Assembly (NCBI RefSeq): GCF_001194135.2 | Contig: NC_069000.1 | Coordinates: 20,661,672 to 20,711,466 of the forward strand | Source: Octopus bimaculoides | Taxonomy: Eukaryota | DNA: 49,795 bases | Reading direction: 5' to 3' | Shown here: positions 12,420-24,378 of the stretch, in pieces | Position numbering within the stretch: position 1 is the stretch's first letter | How the letters are laid out: each line of letters starts with the position of its first letter | Position numbers and translations under genes: made by a program | The notes under the pieces: generated by a model | What the model saw: the letters and a program-made list of their open reading frames with translations, nothing else | What the model was told of the DNA's origin: nothing | Databases searched by the model: none

Positions 12420-12763
12420 ATTTTGTTATGTAAATATGATTCTCAAAATATACGAGGAGTGCTGAAAAGTTCTTGCATTTTAGAGTATCGCGAAAGGCTT
12501 GTTTGGAAGCCCAGCGTTCCAAGTTTTTTTACAGGGCTTTTACAGTGCTCCCTCGTAGAAATATGCCAGAGTAGGCTAGGCAAGTTTCAGAAGCTTATAA
12601 GCCAATGGCCCTGCATAACTATGTATCTTACATCATTTGTAAAAGCCCTGTAATAAAACTTGGAACGTTGGGCCTCCAAACAAGCCTTTCGCAATACCCT
12701 AAAATCCAAGAACTTTTCAGCACTCCCTCGTACTTTTTGAGAATCATATTTACATAACAAAAT
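12420..12763. mobile_element. Palindromic mariner-derived structure (two ~125-bp inverted arms, 93-bp spacer)
   Basis: 12420-12544 is the reverse complement of 12638-12763. Each arm contains TA plus cgagg(g)agtgctgaaaagttc, resembling CGAGG-type mariner TIRs. Confidence 0.85.
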
Positions 12764-13136
12764 ATTATATCATTTGAATATTGATATAATCAGTTCAGTG
12801 TACAAGACAAAGATGAAAATAAAGAATGAATATATTATATTGAAATACTCGAAATTGGGATTTCAACGGTCAATCTCATTAAAATTGCAGTACCACCGGT
12901 CGTCAACAATATATTCCTATAAATAAAGAGACTGGAATCGATTATCAAGGAATTTCATTTAGCCGATTCAAAAATAGACTTGAAGAATATTGGAAGATTT
13001 TAGACTTGAAAAAATTTTATGCAGATATGAGACGACACTAAAACGTTAAGGCGAACATGTTCACTACAAAGTATAGGGATATTTAAAGTTTTCGGTCAAC
13101 TATTCTGCTTATGGTCAACACCTGTAAGCTTTACAA

Positions 13137-13437
13137 TTGAAGGCGCGTGGCTTAGTGGTTAAGGTATTCGGCTCACGATTGTAAGGTCTTGAGTTCAATT
13201 CTCGGCGACGCATTGAGTCCTTGAGCAAGACACTTAATTTCACATTGCTCCAGTCAACTCAGCTGGCAACAATAAGTTGTACCTGTAATTCAAAGGGCCA
13301 GCTTTGTCACATTCAGTGTCACGCTTAATCTTCTTGAGAACTACGTTAAGGGTAGACGTGTCTGTGGAGTGCTCAGCCACTTGTACGTTAATTCCACGAG
13401 CAAGGTGTTCTGTTGATCGGATCAACTGGAACACCCA
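13137..13437 (+). mobile_element. SINE family C (tRNA-like head, CORE-like segment tccttgagcaagacactt)
   Basis: A box tggcttagtgg and B box gagttcaattc. Head and core are shared with 29107; the tail is shared with 15870-16019. Confidence 0.85.
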
Positions 13438-13992
13438 ATGACATTCACGCTGACACAGTTGCTTCATTAGCAGATGTGGCTCCAGCTTTATCAGCAGTGC
13501 AAAATTGTGCAGCTGAATTGAAGAGTAGAAGGGAGGATCTTAAAGATAACCCAAGGTTTGAATGTCCTGCTGCTGCCACTACAGAGGAAGACATTGATCG
13601 TGCTCACCACATGATGAAAAATGACAGGCGATTGACTATAAATGAAATAGCCAATGCTGTTAGCATAACCTTTGAGAGAGTTAAGAATATTCTGCACAAT
13701 GAACTTCTGATGACATGTTTCTGCTCGGTGGGTGCAATATCTTCTGACACCTGATCAAAAGCACACCACGCTGAACACATCAAGGGAAAATCCGACGTTG
13801 CTTGAGGCAGACCCAGCTAATTTCCTTCAAAGTTTCCCCAACCCAGATTCATTACTATGAGCCAGAGACATAGAGACAATTAATGCAGTGGAAATACCCC
13901 TCCTTACATGTTCCAAAGAAGGCGAAGGTTGTTTCATCCGCAGGGAAGGTAATGACCTCGGTTTTGGGGGATGCGAAAGGATTTGTGGTTAT
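13438..13992 (+). mobile_element. mariner transposase remnant (N-terminal HTH region to the start of the catalytic domain)
   Basis: DRRLTINEIANAVSI, a frameshifted ARWV..LLTPDQK, HYYEPET, and MQWKYPSLHVPKKAKVVSSAGKVMTSVLGDAKG; multiple lesions. Confidence 0.92.
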
Positions 13993-14045
13993 AGGGAAAA
14001 AGGAAAAACCGATGAAAGAGGTCTTGTTTCAACAGTATATATATA

Positions 14046-14977
14046 NNNNNNNNNNNNNNNNNNNNNNNNNNNNNNNNNNNNNNNNNNNNNNNNNNNNNNN
14101 NNNNNNNNNNNNNNNNNNNNNNNNNNNNNNNNNNNNNNNNNNNNNNNNNNNNNNNNNNNNNNNNNNNNNNNNNNNNNNNNNNNNNNNNNNNNNNNNNNNN
14201 NNNNNNNNNNNNNNNNNNNNNNNNNNNNNNNNNNNNNNNNNNNNNNNNNNNNNNNNNNNNNNNNNNNNNNNNNNNNNNNNNNNNNNNNNNNNNNNNNNNN
14301 NNNNNNNNNNNNNNNNNNNNNNNNNNNNNNNNNNNNNNNNNNNNNNNNNNNNNNNNNNNNNNNNNNNNNNNNNNNNNNNNNNNNNNNNNNNNNNNNNNNN
14401 NNNNNNNNNNNNNNNNNNNNNNNNNNNNNNNNNNNNNNNNNNNNNNNNNNNNNNNNNNNNNNNNNNNNNNNNNNNNNNNNNNNNNNNNNNNNNNNNNNNN
14501 NNNNNNNNNNNNNNNNNNNNNNNNNNNNNNNNNNNNNNNNNNNNNNNNNNNNNNNNNNNNNNNNNNNNNNNNNNNNNNNNNNNNNNNNNNNNNNNNNNNN
14601 NNNNNNNNNNNNNNNNNNNNNNNNNNNNNNNNNNNNNNNNNNNNNNNNNNNNNNNNNNNNNNNNNNNNNNNNNNNNNNNNNNNNNNNNNNNNNNNNNNNN
14701 NNNNNNNNNNNNNNNNNNNNNNNNNNNNNNNNNNNNNNNNNNNNNNNNNNNNNNNNNNNNNNNNNNNNNNNNNNNNNNNNNNNNNNNNNNNNNNNNNNNN
14801 NNNNNNNNNNNNNNNNNNNNNNNNNNNNNNNNNNNNNNNNNNNNNNNNNNNNNNNNNNNNNNNNNNNNNNNNNNNNNNNNNNNNNNNNNNNNNNNNNNNN
14901 NNNNNNNNNNNNNNNNNNNNNNNNNNNNNNNNNNNNNNNNNNNNNNNNNNNNNNNNNNNNNNNNNNNNNNNNNNNNN
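14046..14977. other. Largest assembly gap. Others: 2081-2183, 4919-5376, 6464-6562, 9390-9590, 11115-11303, 22577-23306, 28583-29035, 31890-32022, 34797-34851, 36771-37277, 38544-38820, 43571-44177
   Basis: Runs of N; most abut a (TA)n or similar microsatellite. Confidence 0.99.
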
Positions 14978-15000
14978 GCCGATCAATAGGGATCGTGTAG

Positions 15001-15018
15001 ATAGACAGACAGACAGAC

Positions 15019-15057
<39 letters not shown>

Positions 15058-15058
15058 C
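15001..15058. repeat. (AGAC)n(AGAT)n tetranucleotide repeat
   Basis: Direct reading. Confidence 0.93.
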
Positions 15059-15671
15059 ATAAATATCTGTGTGTGTATGTGTCGTGTGGGTTTAAGTATA
15101 TATATATATATATACATATATATAAATCTCCACTGACATTTGTATTTGCATATCAAGTCCATACACTCATGCAAAGTTACAGACAATGTTGATACCTTCC
15201 TTCGATACAAAGAAAATATTTGCTATGCAGAGAGAGTAGTTTTAATTGACCTCATTATATATCTAGTATTTACAGGTAATTTTGAACGAAGAGCATAAAA
15301 GAATAAAACTAAGTACACTGTTGTTTTGTTTGGCGAACATCCATTTTGCTGACTCACTGTTCTAAAACGATGAAAATAACATTAAAATCTATTGGTTATA
15401 AAAGTTGTTCATTTGATAACATAATTTTCTTTTCATATCTAAACCTTGAATCGCTAGCGTATCTGAAGTTATAGACTTGTAGATGACTTATTTACTGGGA
15501 TAGGCATATTTGCTTAATACAACAAACTTTTGTTATTTAGCTTTAAGTTTAAATATCCCACCATTGAGTTATGTATTTTCATGCTGCTTAAATCACTGCT
15601 TACTTATCACTTTTATACAAAACATCGTTGAACACGCATTTTCGAGTTCATCTTATACTTAGCAAACTCAC

Positions 15672-16054
15672 GTGAACGCGCAATGGCCCAGTGGTTAGGG
15701 CAGCGTACTCGCGGTCATAGGATCGCGGTTTCGATTCCCAGACCGGGCGTTGTGAGTGTTTATTGAGCGAAAACACCTAAAGCTCCACGAGGCTCCGGCA
15801 GGGGATGGTGGCGAACCCTGCTGTACTCTTCCACCACAACTTTCTCTCACTCTTACTTCCTGTTTTTGTTGTGCCTGTAATTCATGACACAGTCTTGTCA
15901 CACTGTCATGCTGAATATCCCCGAGAACTACGTTAAGGGTACACGTGTCTGTGGAGTGCTCAGTCACTTGCATGCTAATTTCACAAGCAGGCTGTTCCGT
16001 CGATCGGATCAACTGGAACCCTCGACGTCGTAAGCGACAGGAGTTCCAACAAAA
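15672..16054 (+). mobile_element. SINE family C variant with a 12-bp TSD
   Basis: A box tggcccagtgg and B box ggtttcgattcc. Perfect TSD tagcaaactcac at 15660-15671 and 16055-16066. Confidence 0.92.
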
Positions 16055-16139
16055 TAGCAAACTCACACCATAAAAGCTGATATTCAAAACGTCAATAGCA
16101 TGAAATGCTAGTTTACTGTTTCAATATTAATGGGTCCGA

Positions 16140-16422
16140 AGGCGGCGAGCTGGCAGAAGCGTTAGCACGTCGGGTGAGATGCTTAGCGGTATTTCACCCG
16201 TTTGTCTGTCCTTGTTTGTCCCCTCTGTGTGTAGCCCCTTATGGGCAGTAAAGGAATAGGTATTTCGTTTGTTTTTACGTTTTGAGTTCAAATTCCGCCG
16301 AGGTCGACTTTGTCTTTCATCCTTTCGGGGTTGATGAATTAAGTACCAGTTGCGTACTGGGTCGATCTAATCGACTGGCCCCCTCCCCTAAAATTTCGGA
16401 CCCTGTGCCTAGAGTAGAATAG
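16140..16422 (+). mobile_element. SINE family B (composite copy) with a 17-bp TSD
   Basis: ggcggcgagctggcagaa...gagttcaaattccgccgaggtcgacttt. TSD aatatt(a/t)atgggtccga at 16123-16139 and 16423-16439. Confidence 0.92.
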
Positions 16423-19400
16423 AATATTTATGGGTCCGACTCTTTCAAGTTTCGTGAAGTAATATTCTAATATACACAACTGCTTTTTCACGTTAAACTT
16501 TCTCGCTTGTGTTCTCTTGGCTGGAACTTGTTTACAGTTTATCAGATCACCGACTTAAACCGAGTAAACTTTGCCGGCTTTTTATTTTAAACCGCGTTTC
16601 AGTTTAATTTCTAATAAACAAAACTGTATTACCAAGCTATTATTAGATAAACTCAGTGATATTTGATTAATTATGAACATCATTAACCTAATTCCAAGAA
16701 TCCTATTATTATATTGAGCGCCTTTATTGCATAACTGACTACAGTTCTGTATGTCGCCCTTATGTCTGATGTTTGTGTTTGTGTACTTGTGTTTGCGCAC
16801 GCGCGTGTTTGTGTGTATGTGTATGATTGAGAGAAAGGGAGAGAGAGAGGGGGGAAAGAGAGAGAGAGAGGGTGGAAAGAGAGAGAGAAAGAAAGGGATA
16901 TAGATAATGAAGGAGTTATATTTTCTCTTGTGATCACTACATAGAGATATTATTTTTGTATGCACCTTTTGTAACTGCTAGGATCATGTGTTTATTCATG
17001 GGAGTCATTTATTTATTTGTATTTTGGGCGAAGTGTTATTGTCCAATATATGACTTAATAATAATGAATTTATATCCTATTAGAATCATTTCAATCCTTG
17101 GTAGGCAACTCTGCAAGTCTAATTCAAAATTGCTATCGATATAAAACAGAAGATATGTAATAAAAAAGAATTCATGCCGCAATGGTTTTCATGCGAAAGC
17201 TGATTGTTCTCAAGAATTTCTTAGCCTCATTTATAGACCTTCGTATATATACTTTGCAATATTTAATCTTAATGGCCATTTATCACTGATTCTTACATAA
17301 GTAATGGTATTGAATTACATTTCTTCTAATTTAAAATTGCATATTGTACGCGTTTCTCACACAACTATACATTTCAATGCTATCGCTAAGTATAAATCCT
17401 CATTTCTGCACCTTACAATTATTTGCTATTACTATGTCTAGCTTTTTCAAATAACTTTGTAATGAATTGTTTTATAATCCCGAAGGTGGGTAGTGTCTAT
17501 AGTTTGGGCTGTAGAAGCAACAAGATGAGATATATGAGGCTAATGCTAATTTCGATGCCTTCTATAACTAGTTATCGAGGAAATAAGGACAAGAAATAAA
17601 TCCCATAGAGGGTAATTCAGAGGAGGATGATTACTCAACCTATTCAACCTGGTGCTGTTTGCTGTTGATACTAAATTGGAGTGACTAATCGTGTGGAACG
17701 AACAGTTTCATTCTAGTAAATAATGAATTATTATGTCAGGGAAGACTATACTGTTTGTTTTATAAGCGGTAGAGCAGTCTTTTGGCTATTGTATCTAGAA
17801 ATGAAGCTTCGTTTATGATGAAAACTGCCTATATTGGATACTATCTAGAATATGTGTATACATAGTTGATACATAGTTCTAAATGTCTGGTAGGTATACC
17901 TGTGAAGAAGGCGAAATGAATTTTCAGCTATACTGTGACTCAGAAATGCATCGCATCTTTTGCCAAGAGTCTGTCTATGTAAAAATATGTGGTTCCAGGA
18001 AAGGTAATAGAAAGCTGTGAATACTGGTGCTTTTAGACAGCATAATGTTATGAGCTTACATTTTTATTAAACGAGAGGCTGCAATATCAAAAAGGAGTTT
18101 GTATCACCATTAAACTATATAGGCAAGTTGTTACACTGCTCTTATATAGAACGCTACATCTTCCCAGCAATGAGCTCCATTAATGTTCAATAAAATGTAA
18201 TGGGAGTATCTACACCAAAATCTTATGGAATGCTAGAATGAAATAAACAACGATGTTCGGTGAATCAGAGGATAACTGAACACTTTTGTCTCATCAATTT
18301 GAGATCGGTTATCATGCCAAAATATTTTTCAAAGTACTGTAAAACATTTTCATTCATTTCAAGAAGATATAATTTTGTTCTTTCTTTTTATCTAGGTACT
18401 GGCTTACTGTTACGTAGATTTTTTTTTTTTAATCCTTTTTGGATTCTGTCTTGGAATTTGTTCACATATTCTTAGAATTATCTTCGTCACTTTGAAGCAA
18501 GGAAAATCACAACGATAATAAACATTGTTGGTCAAGTCCGAAGACTCATCCATAGCCAACTTAACTCTACACTATTTCTTGTAAATTAAAAATCATTATC
18601 CAACATATTACATTACTGCTACTATTACAGTGTTAATGTATACGAAAATATTCTACTTCAGCTCACTATCACCTACAGTTAGACCAATCTAGGAACTATT
18701 TAGAATGTTTGCTTCTAGTTACAAAGCTAAGAATTTGGAAGGGGTTCGGAATAAGGCACTTTGATAATCGTACCTCATTTAGGTGTACTGATGTTGCATA
18801 CCAAGTATCGAAAATAAAAATTTCATGTTTCATCAACCAATACCTTCCACCTATGTCAGCGTCGCATTTTTATCAATCACTGTGTCACAGAATTCTAGAG
18901 ATCAATAATTGTAGCACTACGGTTATTACTGCTGCAAAAGTATGTCTGTAATACAAACTTAGCACTTATGTATTTATGAATAATAGCGTCCTTCAAGCAT
19001 TTATGAATAATAGCGTCCCTCGTTACAAGTTCTCAATGAACCAGTAATTGATTTACCACACTTTCGAGAGCAAAAGTGACGGCATGTGTTTGTGCACTCG
19101 TCCTTTAAAAACTTCTTCCATCAATTCTGAAAGTCTGCTCCAAATTCTGATTGACGAAAAGGAAAGCCCAATTCAAAGTTTGAGTCAGGACTCCGGAAGC
19201 GCGCATGAATGTATTAGTCTTTGTTATTTGCTAAAATACGTTCTTCATATTGCCTCGGTAGCAATACTCTGCGTTCGGACAGAATGTGGTTTATGTGAAC
19301 TTTGTAGAGAATTGTTGTTCTAGTACCTTGTCTCCCGTGTTCTAAGCTGCTAATTCTGAGTTTTTGATATGTTCTGCAAAGTTCCCCAGAGCATTTCTCT

Positions 19401-19453
19401 TTAAACTACATTGAGTTGATTAAGTACGCTTTGTGAAACATTTGTCCAGTATA

Positions 19454-19860
19454 GGCGTAGGAGTGGCTGTGTGGTAAGTAGCTTGCTTACCAACCACATG
19501 GTCCCGGGTTCAGTCCCACTGCGTGGCATCTTGGGCAAGTGTCTTCTACTATAGCCTCGGGCCGACCAATGCCTTGTGAGTGGATTTGGTAGACGGAAAC
19601 TGAAAGAAGCCTGTCGTATATATGTATATATATATATGTATGTGTGTATGTGTTTGTATGTCTGTGTTTGTCCCCCCAATATCGCTTGACAACCGATGCT
19701 GGTGTGTTTATGTCCCCGTAACCTAGCGGTTCGGCAAAAGAGAACGATAGAATAAGTACTAGGCTTCCAAAGAATAAGTCCTGGGGTCGATTTGCTCGAC
19801 TAAAGGCGGTGCTCTGACATGGCCACAGTCAAAAGACTGAAACAAGTAAAAGAGTAAAAG
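19454..19860 (+). mobile_element. SINE family A, full length
   Basis: Head, CORE-like tcttgggcaagtgtc, internal (TA)/(TG) tract and tail ending gactgaaacaagtaaaagagtaaaag. Possible 6-bp TSD agtata at 19448-19453 and 19861-19866. Confidence 0.93.
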
Positions 19861-20521
19861 AGTATATATGTGCCCAATCCAGCATGTTTCGGATTTTGGA
19901 TTTTTAAATGGTTGGTTGTCTTTCTTTGTCTAGTTTACTTGCAAGTTTTCGTTGCATCTCAACCCTAGTCCTCTCGTTCCATGTCTCGGAAAGAACAGTC
20001 GTAAGATGCACCGCTATGTTTTGTTCAGATGATTTAGTCGTAGTTACAGCATGGCCGAAAGTTCACTTAGCCACTGCGAGGTTTGCGGATTCGATCTCAT
20101 TGCTTGGTATTTTAGTTAAGTGCTAGTTATCATTCCTCTACTCGAAGCAAGTGAGTAAAATTGGGTAGGCGAAAACGGAGCAGAAGCTCATCGGATATGT
20201 TATAGCTGTAATTCAAAAGTAGAGGGCTTGTCAAACGCTGTGTCATGGCAATTTTAACATAAGGTTACGTAAATAGTACACTACACTAGTAAATGGTCGG
20301 CTACTCTGTTGCTCATTGAATTGATTGAACAACGAAATCATCATCACTGAAATGGAGAAATCCATTTACTGATTATTTAGAAGATGCCCTTACAGCCTTT
20401 AGTGAACTACTGATTCCATTACTTTACTGATAAAACGAAGTAATAAAATGGGTCGGTATTTTGATGGATCAAATCTGTCGTATCTCAAAAGTATAGGAAG
20501 CAAAGAGGCGACCTTCTACAG

Positions 20522-20677
20522 GTTTGAAAATCCAAGTCAAACACATGTGGAACATGCCAGACTGACAACAACGGTGGCTTTAGCATGTTTAAGAATCGAC
20601 TTCATCTTCATTATTTTTTTTGTGTTATACACCACGATCTGTAGCACCCCAAAAATGGTCCGTCAACAACGTTTGAG
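20522..20677 (+). other. Candidate exon (156 nt, or 20645-20677 from an alternative acceptor), product unknown
   Basis: Acceptor accttctacag and donor GAG|gtaagg; one frame is open throughout. An ATG in AAAATGG context at 20655 would give MVRQQRL. Confidence 0.3.
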
Positions 20678-20825
20678 GTAAGGCACTTTCCTGCAAGAGT
20701 TTAACCAAACGAGTTGGACCTACCGTTTGTCGTTGTGTGTAGATTTACGTAATCTTCAATGACGAATATGTGAGTGTGACCCAGAGAAAGAGATAAATTA
20801 CATACACGCATACATATATGCATAC

Positions 20826-20827
<2 letters not shown>

Positions 20828-20884
<57 letters not shown>

Positions 20885-20898
20885 CGTGCGCGCGCGTG
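20828..20898. repeat. (TG)n/(CG)n microsatellite
   Basis: Direct reading. Confidence 0.93.
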
Positions 20899-21006
20899 TA
20901 AACATCTCAGTTACACCGGTAATGCTTTTCTGAAAGGCTGAAGTTATAAACATCCACTTCACCTTCTCTAAAATATAGAATATTGCAACTACGACTGTTT
21001 CTATTT

Positions 21007-21120
21007 TCGCTGTTAGATATGTTAAAAGGTTATCTAAATAATTATTTATGCCAAGACTCTGATACTCTCGCTGTTAGGTATTTTAAAAGGTTATCTAAAT
21101 AGTTAATTATGCCAAGAGTC
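21007..21120 (+). repeat. Two-copy ~61-bp tandem duplication
   Basis: tcgctgttag.tat.ttaaaaggttatctaaata.tta.ttatgccaaga occurs at 21007 and 21068. Confidence 0.9.
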
Positions 21121-21325
21121 TTCTGAAATTTAAAAGACAAAACTATCATATTGTAAACCAAAGATAACAGGTATATGAATACCTGTGTTTTCAAATTTAT
21201 ATACCTATTTTTCTCAGATACTAGAAATACTTCAGCCTTACAATAACTGTTGAGGAAGCATTTTCTGCTGCTTAGTGTCCCTTTCTCAAATGGCCACGAC
21301 CCTCGATCTCACCTCAGTAAGTATT

Positions 21326-21520
21326 GGTTTTAAATTTTGGTACAAAGTCAGCAATTTCATGGGGACTCCAGTGCTCATGGGGACTCCTATTTTATCGACA
21401 CGAAAAGGATGAAAGGCAAAGTCAACCTCGGCGGAATTTGAACTCAGATCGTAACAACGGATGAAATATCGATATGCAGTTTTCCCGGCACGGAAACGAC
21501 TCTGCCAGCTCAACGCCTTT
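21326..21520 (-). mobile_element. SINE family B
   Basis: cctcggcggaatttgaactc and ctgccagctc are the reverse complement of the family B body and head. Confidence 0.85.
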
Positions 21521-21535
21521 GTCTCAGTAAATATT

Positions 21536-21745
21536 GGTTTCACATCTTGGCATAAGGTCAGCAGGTCCGAGGAGGAGGTAAGTCGATTGATTACATCGAC
21601 CCCCAGGACACAACGAGTACTTATTTTATCAACCCCGAAAGACAAAATCAACCAAAGCGGAATTTGAACTCGCAGCGTAAAGACGGACGAAAAACTGCTA
21701 AGCATTTTTTCCGGCGTGCTAACGACTCTACCAGCTCACCGCCTT
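21536..21745 (-). mobile_element. SINE family B, head-to-tail with the previous copy
   Basis: gcggaatttgaactc...ctgctaagcatt...ccagctcaccgcc. Confidence 0.88.
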
Positions 21746-23651
21746 CACCTCAGTAAATATTACAGTGAATGTCATTCGCTTGATTGAGGAAATATTCAAT
21801 AGCAATCATGAAATTGGGACCCATCGTTTTGATTTACCATTTCCCTGTTTCTTCCCTTTTACGAAATTGCACTTTGTTCTTTAAAGCCTGTTCACTCTTC
21901 TATAGAAACCTACACTTGGCATCAGTCCCTGTCGTTTTTCCTAGTCACTGACCAAACACGTGTGCTTATTCAATTAGACGGCAATAAAACACCATATTCA
22001 ACAATACTTCCTTCATTAAACACAAAATTTCCAGTGGCCATTCTAATCAAACGAAAATAATTCAACTTACAGACAACATATCAGTTAAAGACCCCACTCC
22101 CAAACCGTGTTCTATGACAAATATTTCACTCTCTTACAAGCAACTCAACAATGTATTTCTGTACTACTACATAAAATTGCTGTGTGATTGATGTGTGCGT
22201 ATGTGATTTCTCATTCACTCACATCTGTCCGTTTATAGAAATTACACATTGAAAGCTGCAACAAGAAATGTTTATGAGTAACAACTGTAAAGAGAAAATT
22301 TATTACGTAGACTGTGCGTGTGAATATGCACATGCACATACACACACATATATACACATATAGAAATGTAAATATATATATATATATAATTATATGTATT
22401 TATTTTCTCTTAGTTAATAATTAACTCCGACAAAATAGATTGGTTAATAGATACCAGGGAAGCAAAGATCACAAAATGACTGAGGTGTAACTCCTGTTTA
22501 TGAGGTAGAAACTCCCTGTTATTTTGGGCATTTGAGTAAATATAAAAAATTTAAATATGAATTTATATATATATATNNNNNNNNNNNNNNNNNNNNNNNN
22601 NNNNNNNNNNNNNNNNNNNNNNNNNNNNNNNNNNNNNNNNNNNNNNNNNNNNNNNNNNNNNNNNNNNNNNNNNNNNNNNNNNNNNNNNNNNNNNNNNNNN
22701 NNNNNNNNNNNNNNNNNNNNNNNNNNNNNNNNNNNNNNNNNNNNNNNNNNNNNNNNNNNNNNNNNNNNNNNNNNNNNNNNNNNNNNNNNNNNNNNNNNNN
22801 NNNNNNNNNNNNNNNNNNNNNNNNNNNNNNNNNNNNNNNNNNNNNNNNNNNNNNNNNNNNNNNNNNNNNNNNNNNNNNNNNNNNNNNNNNNNNNNNNNNN
22901 NNNNNNNNNNNNNNNNNNNNNNNNNNNNNNNNNNNNNNNNNNNNNNNNNNNNNNNNNNNNNNNNNNNNNNNNNNNNNNNNNNNNNNNNNNNNNNNNNNNN
23001 NNNNNNNNNNNNNNNNNNNNNNNNNNNNNNNNNNNNNNNNNNNNNNNNNNNNNNNNNNNNNNNNNNNNNNNNNNNNNNNNNNNNNNNNNNNNNNNNNNNN
23101 NNNNNNNNNNNNNNNNNNNNNNNNNNNNNNNNNNNNNNNNNNNNNNNNNNNNNNNNNNNNNNNNNNNNNNNNNNNNNNNNNNNNNNNNNNNNNNNNNNNN
23201 NNNNNNNNNNNNNNNNNNNNNNNNNNNNNNNNNNNNNNNNNNNNNNNNNNNNNNNNNNNNNNNNNNNNNNNNNNNNNNNNNNNNNNNNNNNNNNNNNNNN
23301 NNNNNNTATATATATATATATATGTATATATCGTGAGCTACTTCCAGTTTCATGCTTGGATAAGTGCAGGAACAGAACGATCATATAGCGAACTGATTCA
23401 GTAATCGCTCGCGCTGAAGTGAGAAGCCTACTCTAAGAATTGCAAGGTAAAAAATGTTATGAACGTTTAATTGTTAAATTAAAAGTATTGTTAATGTTAA
23501 GTATTTACATCTCAAAAAAACAAACGCTAATTTCTTCATGTTTTAGCTCTCTGAAATTTTAGTAGAATCAACCTTTGTCCTGGTTTTCAGAACTTTGACA
23601 ATTCTTCCAAAATTTTATGCCATTATTTAATTTTTTTTCATTGGGGCTCTT

Positions 23652-23855
23652 CGCTGGTTGAATCATTAGGGTGTCAGAAAAAGTATTTCGCAATCTTCGT
23701 TCCGACTGCTTACCTCGGAGTTCAAATACTGCCGAGATCAACTTTACTTTGTATTCTTCGATGATCGGTAAATTGAAGTATCACACAAGCATCGTGGTGT
23801 CAACTACTCCATTTTCACTCAAAATTACTTGTGCTGTACCTAAATCACAAACAAC
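23652..23855 (+). mobile_element. Old, degenerate SINE family B-like copy
   Basis: gagttcaaatactgccgagatcaacttt resembles the family B B-box region. Confidence 0.6.
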
Positions 23856-24224
23856 GGTAAAATTACTCGTTATCTATTTCTACTTTAACAATAAAGTACA
23901 CTTTAATTTTCTTTAATACTTATTACAAACCGCTCATATTTTACCTTCACACCTCTTGAAACAGTTTTTTTATGCGATTGTTATTGAGGAATCCTAAATT
24001 AAAAACCCCTCCTCCACTTTAATATTGATGAGTTATTTCTCTTACTCAATTCTCGAATATGGACATTTCCTGGGAACAAATGTTTTTAATTCCTCCGTTC
24101 GATTTTTGATAGGATCATCACCAGGACTTTATTACAATAACCATAGAACTCATAACAATGTGCATAGTCCTACTGTTAACCTCACACTGCATTAGATTCT
24201 ACCACTAGCGATATGTGCATGCGT

Positions 24225-24378
<154 letters not shown>

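Noticed and set aside
15672-15760. tRNA-like sequences with A and B boxes (also 13137, 19454, 29107)
   Set aside because: No complete cloverleaf or acceptor stem; they continue into SINE bodies and some have TSDs, so they are SINE heads and not tRNA genes.
17928-18003. 76-nt exon candidate (LYCDSEMHRIFCQESVYVKICGSRK)
   Set aside because: Short pyrimidine tract, unrecognised peptide, and a phase not compatible with the other candidates.
23348-23448. Exon-like interval with a caag|gtaaaa donor
   Set aside because: Stops in all three frames and a weak acceptor; cannot be supported without RNA data.
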